The notes below the pieces were generated by a model. It made no database searches. It had not been told where the DNA came from and was given only the letters and a program-made list of their open reading frames with translations. 64,000 nt of DNA from the NCBI GenBank assembly GCA_009914755.4, contig CP068257.2:24064001-24128000 (forward strand), written 5' to 3'. Of this stretch, positions 41,799 to 55,920 are shown in pieces. Each line of letters begins with the position of its first letter. Positions within the stretch are counted from its first letter, which is position 1. The position numbers and the translations under genes are program-made. The DNA comes from the human T2T-CHM13v2.0 reference genome, Homo sapiens.

Positions 41799-42597
41799 TA
41801 GATTCATAGTCATTTGTCATGTGTTTGTGCCATGACGACACCATCAGTTGAATTCTTGGGAATGCGAGTAGGACATGCAGCTTTATGACATGCAGACACA
41901 GTTATAAATTATGCAAGATGATTATAATGGAAGCCTGTCTTTAAGCTGATGACAGAAAGTGTCTGAAAGTCAGAATTAATGTTTTATCATCAATTTGCCA
42001 TAGTGTGAAATGCATTCTATAAGGATATATGAAGGAAAAAACACTAATACTGAAATGATATAGAATTAGGATTCAAGATATTCATAGCTAGGTTAGGTAG
42101 TAAGGTCATAAGTGCTTTAATTTTATTAACTTTATGATGAGAGATTTAGAGTAAACCCTTATCTTCAATATGTAGCATTGATTACAAGGCAGATATGACA
42201 AGAATATGTTAATATATTTAGATAAATTATCATGACTAATTAAACACTTTTACTTATTCATGACAGATATAGCATTACCTTCTACTTTAAATACATTTCA
42301 GAATGAATAATTGCCTTTTGGAATTATTTAAAATCCCAAACTAGACTCCAGAGGTAGAGAAAACTGACATGACAAATTTGGTGGTATGCTGTCCTCAATT
42401 ACTTCCTCAGTGGTGAAAATATTTTAGATTTTGGCAAAGAATTAAATATGACAAGCTAAATAATGTGTTCTTATAATTTAATTAGTATGTTCAGTAATTA
42501 AGTTCTGTTTGGTACATCCATTTATTCTAAACCAAAGGCAAGGGACTTAATCTAATGATTGCACTGAAATAATCTTACTCATTTTATCCATGGTTAG

Positions 42598-42682
42598 CTG
42601 GATCCAGAACGAAGTTTATTTGACCAAGGAGTAAAAACAGATGGAACTGTACAGCTTAGTGTACAGGTAATTTCTTACCAAG
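42598..42682 (+). CDS. GABPA: GABPA exon 4 (85 nt): LDPERSLFDQGVKTDGTVQLSVQVISYQ(G)
   Basis: ggttag|CTGGATCCAGAACGAAG...TCTTACCAAG|gtaagt. Confidence 0.9.
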
Positions 42683-43113
42683 GTAAGTTACTTTTCATGA
42701 TAGTTATTTAAAATTTTAGCTCATGTTTTTCTGATACAATTTATAAGTTTTTAGGTGTTTTCGATGGTTGTCTACATTACTTGATATGATATAATAGCCA
42801 AAATTCATGCTTTGGGTTTAGTAGTTTTATTTGACAGGGTGAAACAGATAGTACAACACATTCTACTTAGTTCAATCATAAAAGGATATATTATATGGTA
42901 GTAAATAGCAGAATCAGAGAGAGTACTGGAAGTCAGCAGGTTGCAGCTGACTTCCTAAGAGTACCTCAGCCACACTGCAGAACTGGACTGCTAAGGAAGC
43001 TGCTGCCCTGCCATGATCTGGAAAATACAACACCTGGAAGCTACCATGGTAGCTGTCACTTTAACCATGTTGCCTTTACAGTGATCCACACTAGTCAAAA
43101 AAATAGATGTCTG

Positions 43114-43408
<295 letters not shown>

Positions 43409-43431
43409 AAAAAAATAGATGTTATCTGCCT

Positions 43432-43911
43432 CAATGGTCCCCAACCTTTTTTGGCACCAGGGACCAGTTTCACAGAAGACAGTTTTTCCGTGGATTGGGG
43501 CAGGGGAATTCAAGCGCATTACATTATGGTGTGCTTTGTATCTATTATTACTACATTGTAGTGTATAGTGAGATAATTATACAACTCACCATAATGTAGA
43601 ATCAGTGGAAGCCTTGAGTTTGTTTCCCTGCAACTAGACAGTTTCATCTGGAGGTGATGGGAGACAGTGACAGAGTATCAGGCATTAAATTCTCATAAGG
43701 AACACGCAACCTAGATACCTCGCATGTGCAGCTCACAGTAGGGTTTGTGCTCCTATGAGAATTTAATGCTACCACTGATCTGACAGGAAGTGAAGCTCAG
43801 GCGGTAATGTGAGTGAAAGGGAGCGACTGTAAATACAGATGAAACTTTATCCACTCGCCTGCCAGTCACCTCCTGTTGTGTGGTCTGTGGCCTGGGGTTT
43901 GGGGACCTCTG
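43432..43911. mobile_element. Non-autonomous hAT-type DNA transposon (about 480 bp) with terminal inverted repeats and an 8-bp TSD
   Basis: 5' end CAATGGTCCCCAACCTTTTTTGGCACCAGGGACC...; 3' end ...GGGGTTTGGGGACCTCTG, which is the inverted complement. ATCTGCCT immediately flanks both ends (43424-43431 and 43912-43919). Confidence 0.75.
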
Positions 43912-45551
43912 ATCTGCCTGCTTGTCCTCTCTTAACCCTTTTCCAAATAGAAGGCTTATACCAGTGATTCTAAAGCATTGGTCACGCCTGGAACCCTAGC
44001 TGCAAAGAAATCCAACCAGTACAGTTTAGCACAGAGAGAAGAATTTGTAATAGACATAGAGTCATCCAGTCAACCTTATTCATTACAGTATTTTACTAAA
44101 CTTGTATAAGTACCCAAGTTAGAAAAGAAAATTAGGAAACTGTTTTTGGTAGGTTGAATTTTAGCTTTTTAAAATTTAGAATAATTTCATCTCTGAACAT
44201 ATATTGTTCACAATTATGTTTCACAAACCACATTTTTCTTCAGACTCTGACAATGGTAGTTACGTACTTCTGATCCTTAATTCCCTCAGGACTGATTATT
44301 GGGAATAGGAAATAAATTAGTAGTTTTTATCTTTAAAAGCCTAGTGACCTCTTGATGCAAGTATGTTTAAGAAGAGTTCGCTTAAAGCCATTAAAGTATG
44401 AAATCTAGATGAAGGATTAGGAAATAGATTTTAACAAAAAATATTTTTGATTCTGATTGTTTTTATCATGTATATTTGAAAAATGATTCTCTTTAAACTA
44501 CCTGAGAATGATAGTAGTAGTTTCTTGCAATACTGGTTTTCACAGAAGATCGAAGTTGAGTTGTGCTTTTTCTTTAAGCTGTACTTTGATTGAATTTTGA
44601 TATAGATTGTAATAGATTCAGTAAGAAACAGAAGCAGTTATGTAATATGACAGTGTCTTAGAGCTGTCATTTTAGTCTGAGGTTATTTCGTAAAGGGCTA
44701 ATTCCATTTTGAATAGATAAATAAAAGTATATCTTATAGAGAGTACTGCACACATAATGAAATAACTGTTTTTATGGCATAATTTCTTGGCTTAATTATA
44801 ATTTAATTAGGTATAATCAAATTATAATTTAATAGGTTTAAATGTGTTTTAAACTATCCAGAATTAAATCAAAATCAGAATTTTGATTTAATTCTGGATA
44901 GTTGAGGAGCCTTTGTATTAATAAATTATTTATTTTTATTTTTTATTTTTTCCATAGGAATTACAGTTCTTAACACCTTTATACTAGGAGCTTAAAATAT
45001 TCAGGATTTGGGTTTTTCTTCATCTCATTTAAAATGAAATTTAGAATTTAATGGTTAATTTAATTTAGTAAATTTGGCATAATTTTTAACACATCTACTT
45101 TGTCCTTTAAAAAGAAAAACTGAGTCAGTAAATAATAATTTTAATTTGCTTAGAAGGATTTTTTAAAATTCCAAGGATAGGTAGCTGCTCATTTATACTC
45201 TGCCTAGTCTAATTTTTATTGTTTCGTATTGGTAATTTTTATTTTTATTTATCTATTTATTTTATTGTGGTAAGAACTGGTACTTCTTTTTTTCTAATGA
45301 TGTTTATAGGTAGGGTTTGTGTGTGTGTCTTATTTTTTATAAAATTATTTTAAACTTGTAGAAAAGTTGCAAGACTAGTAAAAGAATTCTTGAATATCCT
45401 TCACCCAGATTCCCCAAATGTTAACTTTTACTACATTTGCTTTATTCGATGTAGTTTTTCTCTACCATTTGGGAACATATAAACTAAATTATTTTTTGGT
45501 GACTTCTGCGTTTTCATTTAGATTTACAATTTTTTTTTATCCACTGTTCAG

Positions 45552-45797
45552 GAATTGAACCAAAGTTAAACATCCTTGAAATTGTTAAACCTGCGGACAC
45601 TGTTGAGGTTGTTATTGATCCAGATGCCCACCATGCTGAATCAGAAGCACATCTTGTTGAAGAAGCTCAAGTGATAACTCTTGATGGCACAAAACACATC
45701 ACAACCATTTCAGATGAAACTTCAGAACAAGTGACAAGATGGGCTGCTGCACTGGAAGGCTATAGGAAAGAACAAGAACGCCTTGGGATACCCTATG
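45552..45797 (+). CDS. GABPA: GABPA exon 5 (246 nt): (G)IEPKLNILEIVKPADTVEVVIDPDAHHAESEAHLVEEAQVITLDGTKHITTISDETSEQVTRWAAALEGYRKEQERLGIPY(D)
   Basis: gttcag|GAATTGAACCAAAG...ATACCCTATG|gtaataa. It matches the provided ORF 45671..45892(+) up to the donor. Confidence 0.9.
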
Positions 45798-48333
45798 GTA
45801 ATAAAATGCATAATTCTATATTGGGTAGAATAATAGGAATTAAGCTTGACATAGAAGACACTAGGGTAAGTTATAATCTATTTTACATGTAGAGTTATTA
45901 GGATGAATGTTGATTTTCTGTATCTCTCTTTTAATTGTAACGCACATTTAAGCTCATGTGGTGGACAAATTCTGTCCTGCGTGCAGGAAATACAAAGAAG
46001 TCTAAAAAATTTCTGCTCTTAGGGTGTTGAGAGTGTAGTTGAAGAGAGAGAAGATAGATGAAAAGAGATAATTGCCATAAAAGGTAACATGTTTTTAAAC
46101 TGCCAGTAACTCTTGTAGAAGTATGCTATTGGAATCTCAAAGAGATCATAGTTGCCCTGAGGGAAAGCTGAAAAGAGTTTATTATAAATAAGATACCATT
46201 GGGCAGAGAAAGACATTTAAGACAGGAAATGTTATGTGCAAAGCTTAGACCTGGGGGTATGCATGAGTAGTGAGAAAATGGAGTGGTTAAGGAGTTACTC
46301 TGTAGCATTACAGAACTGTTTTTGATTGATGAAAATGATAATTGAAAAATGAATATGGTGGCAATATATGGCATAAGTTGGAACAGGTAGAGACTAAGTG
46401 AAGGGAAAACAGGAGCATATTATTATAGTTGTGACTGGATGATAATGTCTACATTAGCCCAGACTCCAGATGATTTCTTTGGGAGTAGCAAGGAAAAAGT
46501 GGATGAAAACAGTGATAGGACTGAGCAGATTGACAGATTTTATGAGGGTAGAGAGGGAAGATACAAGTATTGATCTAACTTCTCAAGCTTCATCTTGGTG
46601 ACTAAAACAGTAATAATCTTGATAAAAATTGGTTCCATCATCATTACATATTTAGTGAACACTACCGTACACCAGGCACCATGTTAAATGCTGGGCTTAA
46701 TTAAGATGGTGCACTATGAAGAGCATGCTTTCAAAAGCCCAGTTGGGGAAGTAGAGAAGTCTGGTATAGGAAATGTTTTTTTCAAGAGAAGGTGGATAGC
46801 ACTTGATTTTGATGTGGAAGTTTATATTCAGCTGGAGGTTAGCCAGAAAATGGTTTCAGTTATATAAGATTTGGGCTGGAGACAAAGATGTTATATGAGA
46901 CTCATTCCCACTGAATTTATATTTGAAGCTATAAAAGTCTACGTAGTCCCTGATGGAAAGCGAGAAATGGAAAAGAACACACAACTAAAGGCATATACAC
47001 TTGACCCTGTAAACATTTAGGGTTGGAGAAAAGGGAGACAAGAAATAACTGAAGAGACAGAAAGAAAGTAATAACTTATATGTATAGTGTCACTGAAATT
47101 GAGGGGAGAGTTTGGATGGTCAAGACTCTCAGATGCTGCTGAGAAAGTCAAAGAATGCTGACTGATATCTATTAAATTTGATGATCAGAGGATTATTCTT
47201 AAATTTAGACAGAAGTAACTAGAGTTGGCGAGACAAAACAGAATTATAAGAAATAGATATCTTAGAAATGGGGGCAGATGAGGAAGAATGCTGGGGTAAC
47301 AAATAAATAATACTGATCTTCCAAGAGTTGGCGGGGACCTGAGTGTATTTGTAAATGAAACAGTATTGTCGGGTTTTTGTCCTTTTTTTATTTTTTATTT
47401 TTAGAGACAAGGTTGTACCTGGGGAGCAGGGCTGATGACAGAAAGGCTGTATTGTAGAACCACTGTTTTCCCTAGGACATTTTTTTTCTTTCTTTAAACC
47501 AAACCTAAAAGATACACAGTAAATGAGAGAGCTTACCCATGGAACTGAAAGAGAGCTATGGAACCAGACAGCTAATGTAGAATTTCAGTCTGTCCCTCCG
47601 CTGCCCAGTACTGTAGCCACTAATCACACGTCAGCACTTGAAGTGTCTCTGGTCAAAATTAAGATGGGTTGTAAATGTAAAAATACCCATTAAAAGAAAA
47701 AGTATAAAATCTTTTCTAATTTTTTATATTAATTACCAGTTGAAATAACATTTGGAACATTAAGTTAAAATAAATTCATTATTAAGATGTATTTGACCAA
47801 CTTTTTAAATGTAACTATTAGAAAATTTAAAATTACATAATGGTCTGCATTGTATTTCTGTTGGACAGCCCTGATCTTGATAATTGTAGCCTTCAGTTCT
47901 GGATGTTCTTACTGCATTATTTTGATAAATACCTGTGTTCTTTTTGCTGGAACTCCTGTTGAATCTCTTGAGTTGATCTGCTGCATCTTTTTTCTTGTTT
48001 ATTTTTCATCTTACCTATCTGCACTACTTTCTGCCAGATTTTCTTGTGTTTTTAATATAACCTATCTGATTTTTAATTTACAAGGGCTCTTCATTTTTGT
48101 TTGTTCCTTTCTGTAGCATTCTGATCTTATATTGCCAATATCGTGTTTTCTCCTACTTCTCTGAGTATATTGATTATATATTTTTTTTTAACTTTTAAAA
48201 AGCTTTACCGTGGTATATCTGTTTCTTGTGGATTCTGTTTTTCTTGTGGTTTTTGTTTGTGTTGTTTTTAACCTTTCCCAAGTATCTAATTATTTTTGCC
48301 CATCTTTTCATATTTAAGAATTAATCACTTTAG

Positions 48334-48651
<318 letters not shown>

Positions 48652-48710
48652 TTAATGCGAAGTTCTGAAGGATTTGATAACTATATGCTGATAAAACGAG
48701 GCATTGACTA

Positions 48711-49026
<316 letters not shown>

Positions 49027-51564
49027 AAGAGTTTCAAACGTGTCAATATTTATAGATCTTTTTGCAGATACCTGTCAGCAGTAGAAGATAGGGGTGAGCA
49101 TTTGGGGTAGGTGTGTATGTGAATACTGTGTTGTGGAACTGGAAAAGGAAGTAGAGCAGGGAGGAGGTAGAGAAGGTGGAGACGGTCTCACTCTTCAGTT
49201 TATAGGCTTTTATTACTGGGAATTGTTCTCTCAGTGTCTGTTCGTGTCTCTCCCCATCTATTAATAAATGTTTTCCCGGTGTCCACATGTGTGGGGTGCA
49301 CTCATTTAACTGGCCCCCCAAATGAAAGAGAGACCCTGGAGGTTCTAACCACACCATCTACTTTAAATCTGTCTCCTTATTTTCAGCTTTAAGCCTCTTG
49401 CTACTCAGAACCACCATGACTTGAACCAGTGAAGGGGGTTCTGCAGGCAGGAATTCTCTCACTTCTTACTGGCATCCTCCTTGGCAAACATTTTAGGTCA
49501 TAGTTTTCCCCTCCTATGCCAAATCGATTACCACTCTGCTTATTGTCTTCAAAACATTAGATTAAATCTTTCATCCATGCCTGTCACTTTGTACTCATGT
49601 TCCTATGATTTTGCATCTTTTAAAAATTCCTTTACTGTTGTTTTACTAGAGTCTTAGAGAAAGGAGGCAGAACATGGGTGGACAATTAGTTATGTTAAAC
49701 CAGAAGTCCTGATATTTGAGAAAACAAATCAGACAAATTATATTTTTCCCTGAGTTTTATTTTTAAATTTTTATGTGAAATTAACTTTGTTTTTCTTTTA
49801 AAAGAGGTGTGTTTCAGGATAGCTTTTCTATTTAACTCTGCTTCTGTTGTTTTCAAGTAGTATAGTACTCACAGATAAGGCAACTTTCTTTTTCAGTTCT
49901 TGTCGACTTTTACCTGGGCCTTCTCCTCTTTCCTTTTCCTTGGCGTCCCTCTGCTGCTCACTTCTAGTTCCACTCTGCCAGTTTCTCCTTACTGTGGGCC
50001 ATTCTCCTGAAAGTGGTTCTTGGCTCAGTTTGACAAACACCCAGGTGCTACATTGCTTCAGCCCTTTAAATCTTAACACACACTGCAGCTATTGGATTGG
50101 GCGAAACTGCTTTTTAGCGTTGCTTTCATCTTGTCCTGTTGTACTTTGAATGCATGCTTCTTGGCTGCGCTCAGGTTTTCCTATGATCAGAGTGGGTCAC
50201 ACTTCCCTTGCTTCCCTTTGCTTTCTCCTGCACACAAGCTAAGACCATGGAGGTCTTATAGCTGTTATTGCTTTGTCTTTACCCTCTTGTATCTTGAGGT
50301 CCATGAAGATATCTTGTCACCTGGTTTTATGTAAATGTTCATGGGTTTTTGGTTTTGTTCTCCAGTCACTTTTTTATGTTTATGTGTACAATTCAGAAAA
50401 ATTAAAAAACTTTGCCACCATCTTCCTAGAATCCTCACTTAACAACTTTATGGAAAAATTTTAAAATATATATTCTGTGGCTATTAATCCTGTATTCTTA
50501 GAATGCTTGCTTTTGCCTTTTGAGGCTAGGGCACCTCTGTTCCTTTAGTCTCAAATGGAATAGTTTCAGTTTCAATAGCACTTTGCCTCTTTGAAGAACT
50601 TTTATAAAATTCTTATGTTTGATTTATTTTCACTATAATTTGCCCTCGATACCTAAATGTTATTTTTTTTCTACTTTTCTTATTGAATAGCATTTATTTA
50701 TTGGGTATATAACCAATATTATTTGAATAGATCATCTTCTTAAAGTGGGAGTACCAGAACCAAAACTAATTTAGCTAATATGTATTAAACTTACACAGAT
50801 AGAATGCTCTATTAGGTGCGGGTGATACAGCAATGTAATATTTATAGATATTGGCCATATTTTTTTATTTATGAATTCAATTAGGTAGTAAATGATAGGG
50901 AAAAGGAAAATTATTTGGATATACTCTTTAAGATTAAACAAGTGTATGAGCAAGGCACTGTTAGGTTCTAAAGATAGAATGGTTTACAAGACACATTTCT
51001 TGTATTAGTGTGTTGTGAGGGGACAGCTGAGTAAAACAGGCAATTACCATGTTTATTTATTTATTGGAAATGCATCATAAGGGTAAATGCAGGAGCAGCC
51101 AGCTTTTTACAGGAAGGAAAAGGGAGGAAAAAGGATATGGTTCATAGTTTGGAGAATAAAGCTAGCTTCTTAGAATCCCCTTTTGATTTTTTTTCAATGC
51201 AACTGCAAATTTTTTTAAACTTGGATAATTTACTTTATTCTCTCCAGAATAATCTCATATTTTATTCTTTCATTTGGCCCACTGGAGAGCAGTTTTGCAT
51301 TTTGTTTTTCTTGATACAGTTCCAGCTGAGGTTGAACCAAGTGACTGCATCAGAAATTTAGATTAAGAAATTGGAAAGGAGCTGAGGAAAAAATTACAGC
51401 ATAATTTTTTTTTTTTTTTTTTTTTTTGCTTCATATAGTAAGTTTACCTCATATACTTGGGGAAAGAAAACATCTGTGTGTATGTGTGTGTATTGAGAAG
51501 TTAACTGTAAATTTACACAGTATCTAAAATGGAACTAGGCTAAAGTGAATATTTTTCTTTCTAG

Positions 51565-51759
51565 ATCCCATACAGTGGTCCACAGACCAAGTCCTGCATT
51601 GGGTGGTTTGGGTAATGAAGGAATTCAGCATGACCGATATAGACCTCACCACACTCAACATTTCGGGGAGAGAATTATGTAGTCTCAACCAAGAAGATTT
51701 TTTTCAGCGGGTTCCTCGGGGAGAAATTCTCTGGAGTCATCTGGAACTTCTCCGAAAAT
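51565..51759 (+). CDS. GABPA: GABPA exon 6 (195 nt, PNT/pointed domain): (D)PIQWSTDQVLHWVVWVMKEFSMTDIDLTTLNISGRELCSLNQEDFFQRVPRGEILWSHLELLRK(Y)
   Basis: ttctag|ATCCCATACAGTGGTCC...CTCCGAAAAT|gtatga. Confidence 0.9.
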
Positions 51760-51954
51760 GTATGAAATTACAGTTATTTCTTTACATTGTAATTTAAGCT
51801 TAATTTTATTTCCTTGTAACTTTGTTTTCATCTTAGTTGTTTATTGATAATGATAAGTAATAAGCAATAATAATTAACATTTATTTACTGTATAATGCTA
51901 TGCTGAAAGCTCTATATGTTCTTTAATTCCTATAGTAACACCATAAGTCATTAC

Positions 51955-52100
51955 TTTGCTTATTTTTTAGATAGGAAAGTGAGGCTTTGAGAGCCCCATA
52001 AAGTCACAGCTAGGAAGTGGCAGAGCCAGGATTCAAGCCCAGGCTAACATTAGAATCCAAGTTCTTAAATCAGATGCTGTGCCCTACACTTAGCCCTCTT
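51955..52100 (+). mobile_element. MIR SINE fragment
   Basis: tttagataggaaagtgaggctttgagagccccataaagtcacagctaggaagtggcagagccaggattcaagcccaggc. Confidence 0.55.
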
Positions 52101-52350
52101 CATATATTCCATTTGTTGCCTTCTGTTTGATCAGCTCTTACATTTACTGCTCATCTAGAAACGGAAGAGATCATTTGTTTACAGGTGGCTTCCTACCCAT
52201 TCTCTTCATTATTGATGAGATTAAATCTTTTTTGAAGTCTTTACTATTAATTGAATAGAGTCTTAAGAGGGAAGGAAGTGTATGCAGCCACCTTTTGGCA
52301 TTGGAAGCCATTGGTTATAAGTTTTTCCACTTATAACTTGTAAGGCTTCA

Positions 52351-52640
<290 letters not shown>

Positions 52641-52978
52641 AGAAGTTTGGAAACTACTTGGCTGTCCAAGAAAACAAGGCACAAATGTAAATTATTTTTG
52701 CTTGAATTTTAATCCATCTTATATTTCAGTCACTGTTAAGACACCGAAAGCAACCCATTCCTTGACAGTTTTGCATATCAGAAATGCTAGCCAGACCCAC
52801 ATATTTTTCAGAACACATGACTACAACATACTCTGACTTTGCTTTTGTATCAGTTATGGATGAAAATGTTAATGATAGCATTTTGTTTTATTATATACCC
52901 AATAAGGAGAGAGCTCTGGTGGAGGGATTTTTCCACCGTAATTCAATGCTTGCAGTTTTCATTCAAGGTGCTTTCTCT

Positions 52979-53059
52979 GGCCAGGTGCAGTGGCTCACTC
53001 CTGTAACCCCAGCACTTTGGGAGTCTGGGGTGGGCAGATCACTTGAGATGAGGAGTTGA
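52979..53059 (+). mobile_element. Alu left-arm fragment (about 80 bp) flanked by TSD gtgctttctctg
   Basis: ggccaggtgcagtggctcactcctgtaaccccagcactttgggagtctggggtgggcagatcacttgagatgaggagttgaa, with a 12-bp direct repeat on each side. Confidence 0.75.
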
Positions 53060-55866
53060 AAGTGCTTTCTCTGCTGGTGAATAAGAAATGAGCTCTGGAG
53101 AGAGGCATTTCTTAATTGTTTATAATTTTATTCTTGTGAGGATTCTCCCAGATGTTTTTTTTAAGTATCTATGATACTAAAAGACTTAGTACATTCATTG
53201 TATTTGCAGCATTTATTTCCAATTTCCATTCTTACTAGATAAGTAAGTTGAATGTCCTGGTTGAAGCTTTGTCCTTGGTTTCACAGATTTCCTTCCCTGC
53301 AGAGGTTTTGAAATGAATAAGGTAGATTCTGAATTGTGAAACATGTGAGTCATGTTTATTGAAACACTTTCTTATAAGAAATCTCAAGAACACAACAAAG
53401 ATAGTGCATAGATGGTAGTTTCATTTTTCCCAAATCCACGTTTTTTCCAGTCTTTCCCAGGTCAGCTGTTTGTTGTGGCTGTCTCTTTCTGGTTCTCTTA
53501 TTGCTTCTCAAACTTTAAAGCTTATTCATAGGCTTTTCCCAGAACAGAAGTCAAAGGTGTCTTGTGTATCTTTCCATTTCCATGCAGTTGAATGAGTCTT
53601 CCTCAGAAAAGCTCTGCTCTGGAACCATTGCTTTGTCTTTTAAAGCAACAAAGTCCCACAGCCTAGATGAGTGTCTCACGGAATTTCTTGGTGATCCAGC
53701 CATGGTTCTTCACTCTGCCGGGGTAGGGAAATCCCATCTGCTTTGGAAATCTAGTGCTCAGTTCAGAATTGGGAGATGGGCAGGATGATGTGTAAGGGTA
53801 TTTCTAACAGACTTTCTAGAATTCACAAGTCTTACTTCTCAGAATAGGGTTTTTTGAGCTCAGTGTAGTTAGTACTCTGGTCCCTTCTGTAGAGAGAAGT
53901 CTGCAGCCTATCTGCGAAAGGCACTGATTCTGGGACAGAACTGTTAATAACCCAGCCTCTATTATCCATCCTCAGTGATCTCTCAAGAAGCAGCAGTACT
54001 GAAGAGGTAGGGCTCCTTCTTCAGATATTTGTATGAGATTATTCACCTGAGCCACCACCTGCCTGCAGTCCCCCCTATGTTGAAACTACATCCAAGTCCC
54101 ACTATACATGGGAGGATAATTAGGAAATGTCCCAGTACTACCAGTTCCATGATGTCCTTCTCGGTGTGAATCTCTGTCTTCTGTCACCAAAGGCAAAGGA
54201 AGTTCTCAGTTTGCTAAGGGTTTTATTTAGGAAAAATAATTGTTTTATTCCTGTAGTGTCTAATGTTTCTTCATAAAATGGCTCCATATCCCCCAGGGCT
54301 TTGCCTCTCAAGACTGCTTACTTTGTGTGTAGCAAGGATTTGGAGGTTTCAGGGAGGAATGTGATATTCAGAGTGCCTGTACTTTGAAGAGATTGGTCTT
54401 GGACCAGTCTTTCAAAAACTTTTTTTTTTTCCCCCTGTGGTCTGCCTTCTGTCTTGAGAGTTTCCAGGAAACAGACCAAACTCCAATCTGAGAATTAGGA
54501 CTTAGAAGGTGATTTTACAAGTTGATTATGCCTGTGCTGTGTGATGGTGATGCTTTCGTTTGCCTCTTTTGAGGCTAGGTTCCTTTAGTCTCAAATAGTT
54601 CCTCTTTGAGGAACTTTTATAAAATTCTGAGGAAAATTTACTACAAACATAAAGTGCGTATTTTTTTTATCAAGAGAGACCACAGTTCTGGAGGAGAATG
54701 CTCAGAACTAGGAGTCTGGATAAAACAGTGAGGTTGTCAGTTGACTGAAAAAGTAACTGTTTTGTGCACTGTGCTTTTTAAAAACATGTTTCTTTAATCC
54801 TCACAATAACCTCATGAGGCAGTAAGTATAGGTGTCTAATTTAAACTTGAAGAAGTTAATGTTGAAAGAGGTCGGTAATTTTACCAAAGTCATATAGTCA
54901 GTAAGAGCTAAGAACTAAATCCAGATCTGTCTGAAGCCAGTCCCATATAATTCTTAAGTCCTCAGTCTTCAGACCCTCAAAGCTCCCATCTGATAGGATT
55001 CTGACCTCTTTTTACTTCCCCAACCTTTTCCAGCTCTGCGTGTCTGGAACTGGATCCTGGCAAGGCACCCTTAGCGGAGTCTTCTTGGGAGCCCAGGCCT
55101 CAGTACCCAGAATGATTGCTGGAGGGTATAGTTTCAATTTCAAGAGAGAGGCATGCAATTTGTGATGGGCACAAAGTAGGCTGAAGTAATAGAGACTGGG
55201 ATGTGCAATTCTTGTGAGAGGTAAAGAATAACATCTAAGTAGGGAATAACAACAGATAAGTAATGAATGGTTCTGTAAAGCCTTATCTCAGGACCTTTAT
55301 AGTATTTTTATTTTGGGAACTATATTTTTAAATGTGAAATTATTTAGTTTAATTGAGACATTTAGGACTGCTACAATTGTGTTGAAAATTTGCTGTCTTT
55401 AAGTAGAAGCATTATAAAGCTTAAGCAGCTTTAGTCAAAAGTGGATGTTATAACAAATAATGGGAAGGAGGCCTTTTTGGTGGAGATACGTACCTAAATA
55501 ATTTAATTTTGGTGTATATTTTATCTTTGATCTGATCTTGAAGATTTCCATATTTTTACATGGCTTTATGTGGATTTCAATACAAATGTTTACATTTAGA
55601 AAACCATAGTTCTCTGCAGAACTTTACTGAACACTAAAAGACATTGGAGCTTTTCCCTGTGTTATTTCTCTTAAGGTATCTTTTCCTTTTAAAGTGACTA
55701 TCAAATATTTTTAAGGTTTTTATGCCAGTAAGTTTCAGTTCAGTGTTTTGGTTTTAATTGTGGAGTTCTTTTTAAAAGAACCATGTTTATTAAGTTGAGT
55801 TTTATTGGATTGGGGTTTTTATATTTTTGGTTTTAAATAAAAACAAAAAATTTTTGTTTTTTTCAG

Positions 55867-55920
55867 ATGTATTGGCAAGTCAAGAACAACAGATGAATGA
55901 AATAGTTACAATTGATCAAC
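55867..55920 (+). CDS. GABPA: GABPA exon 7 (54 nt): (Y)VLASQEQQMNEIVTIDQ(P)
   Basis: tttcag|ATGTATTGGCAAGTCAAG...ATTGATCAAC|gtgagt. Confidence 0.9.

Noticed and set aside
45671-45892. ORF 45671..45892 (+) as a possible independent small gene
   Set aside because: It is GABPA exon 5 (…VITLDGTKHITTISDETSEQVTRWAAALEGYRKEQERLGIPY). The ORF reads through the GT donor at 45798 into intron sequence, so it is not separate.
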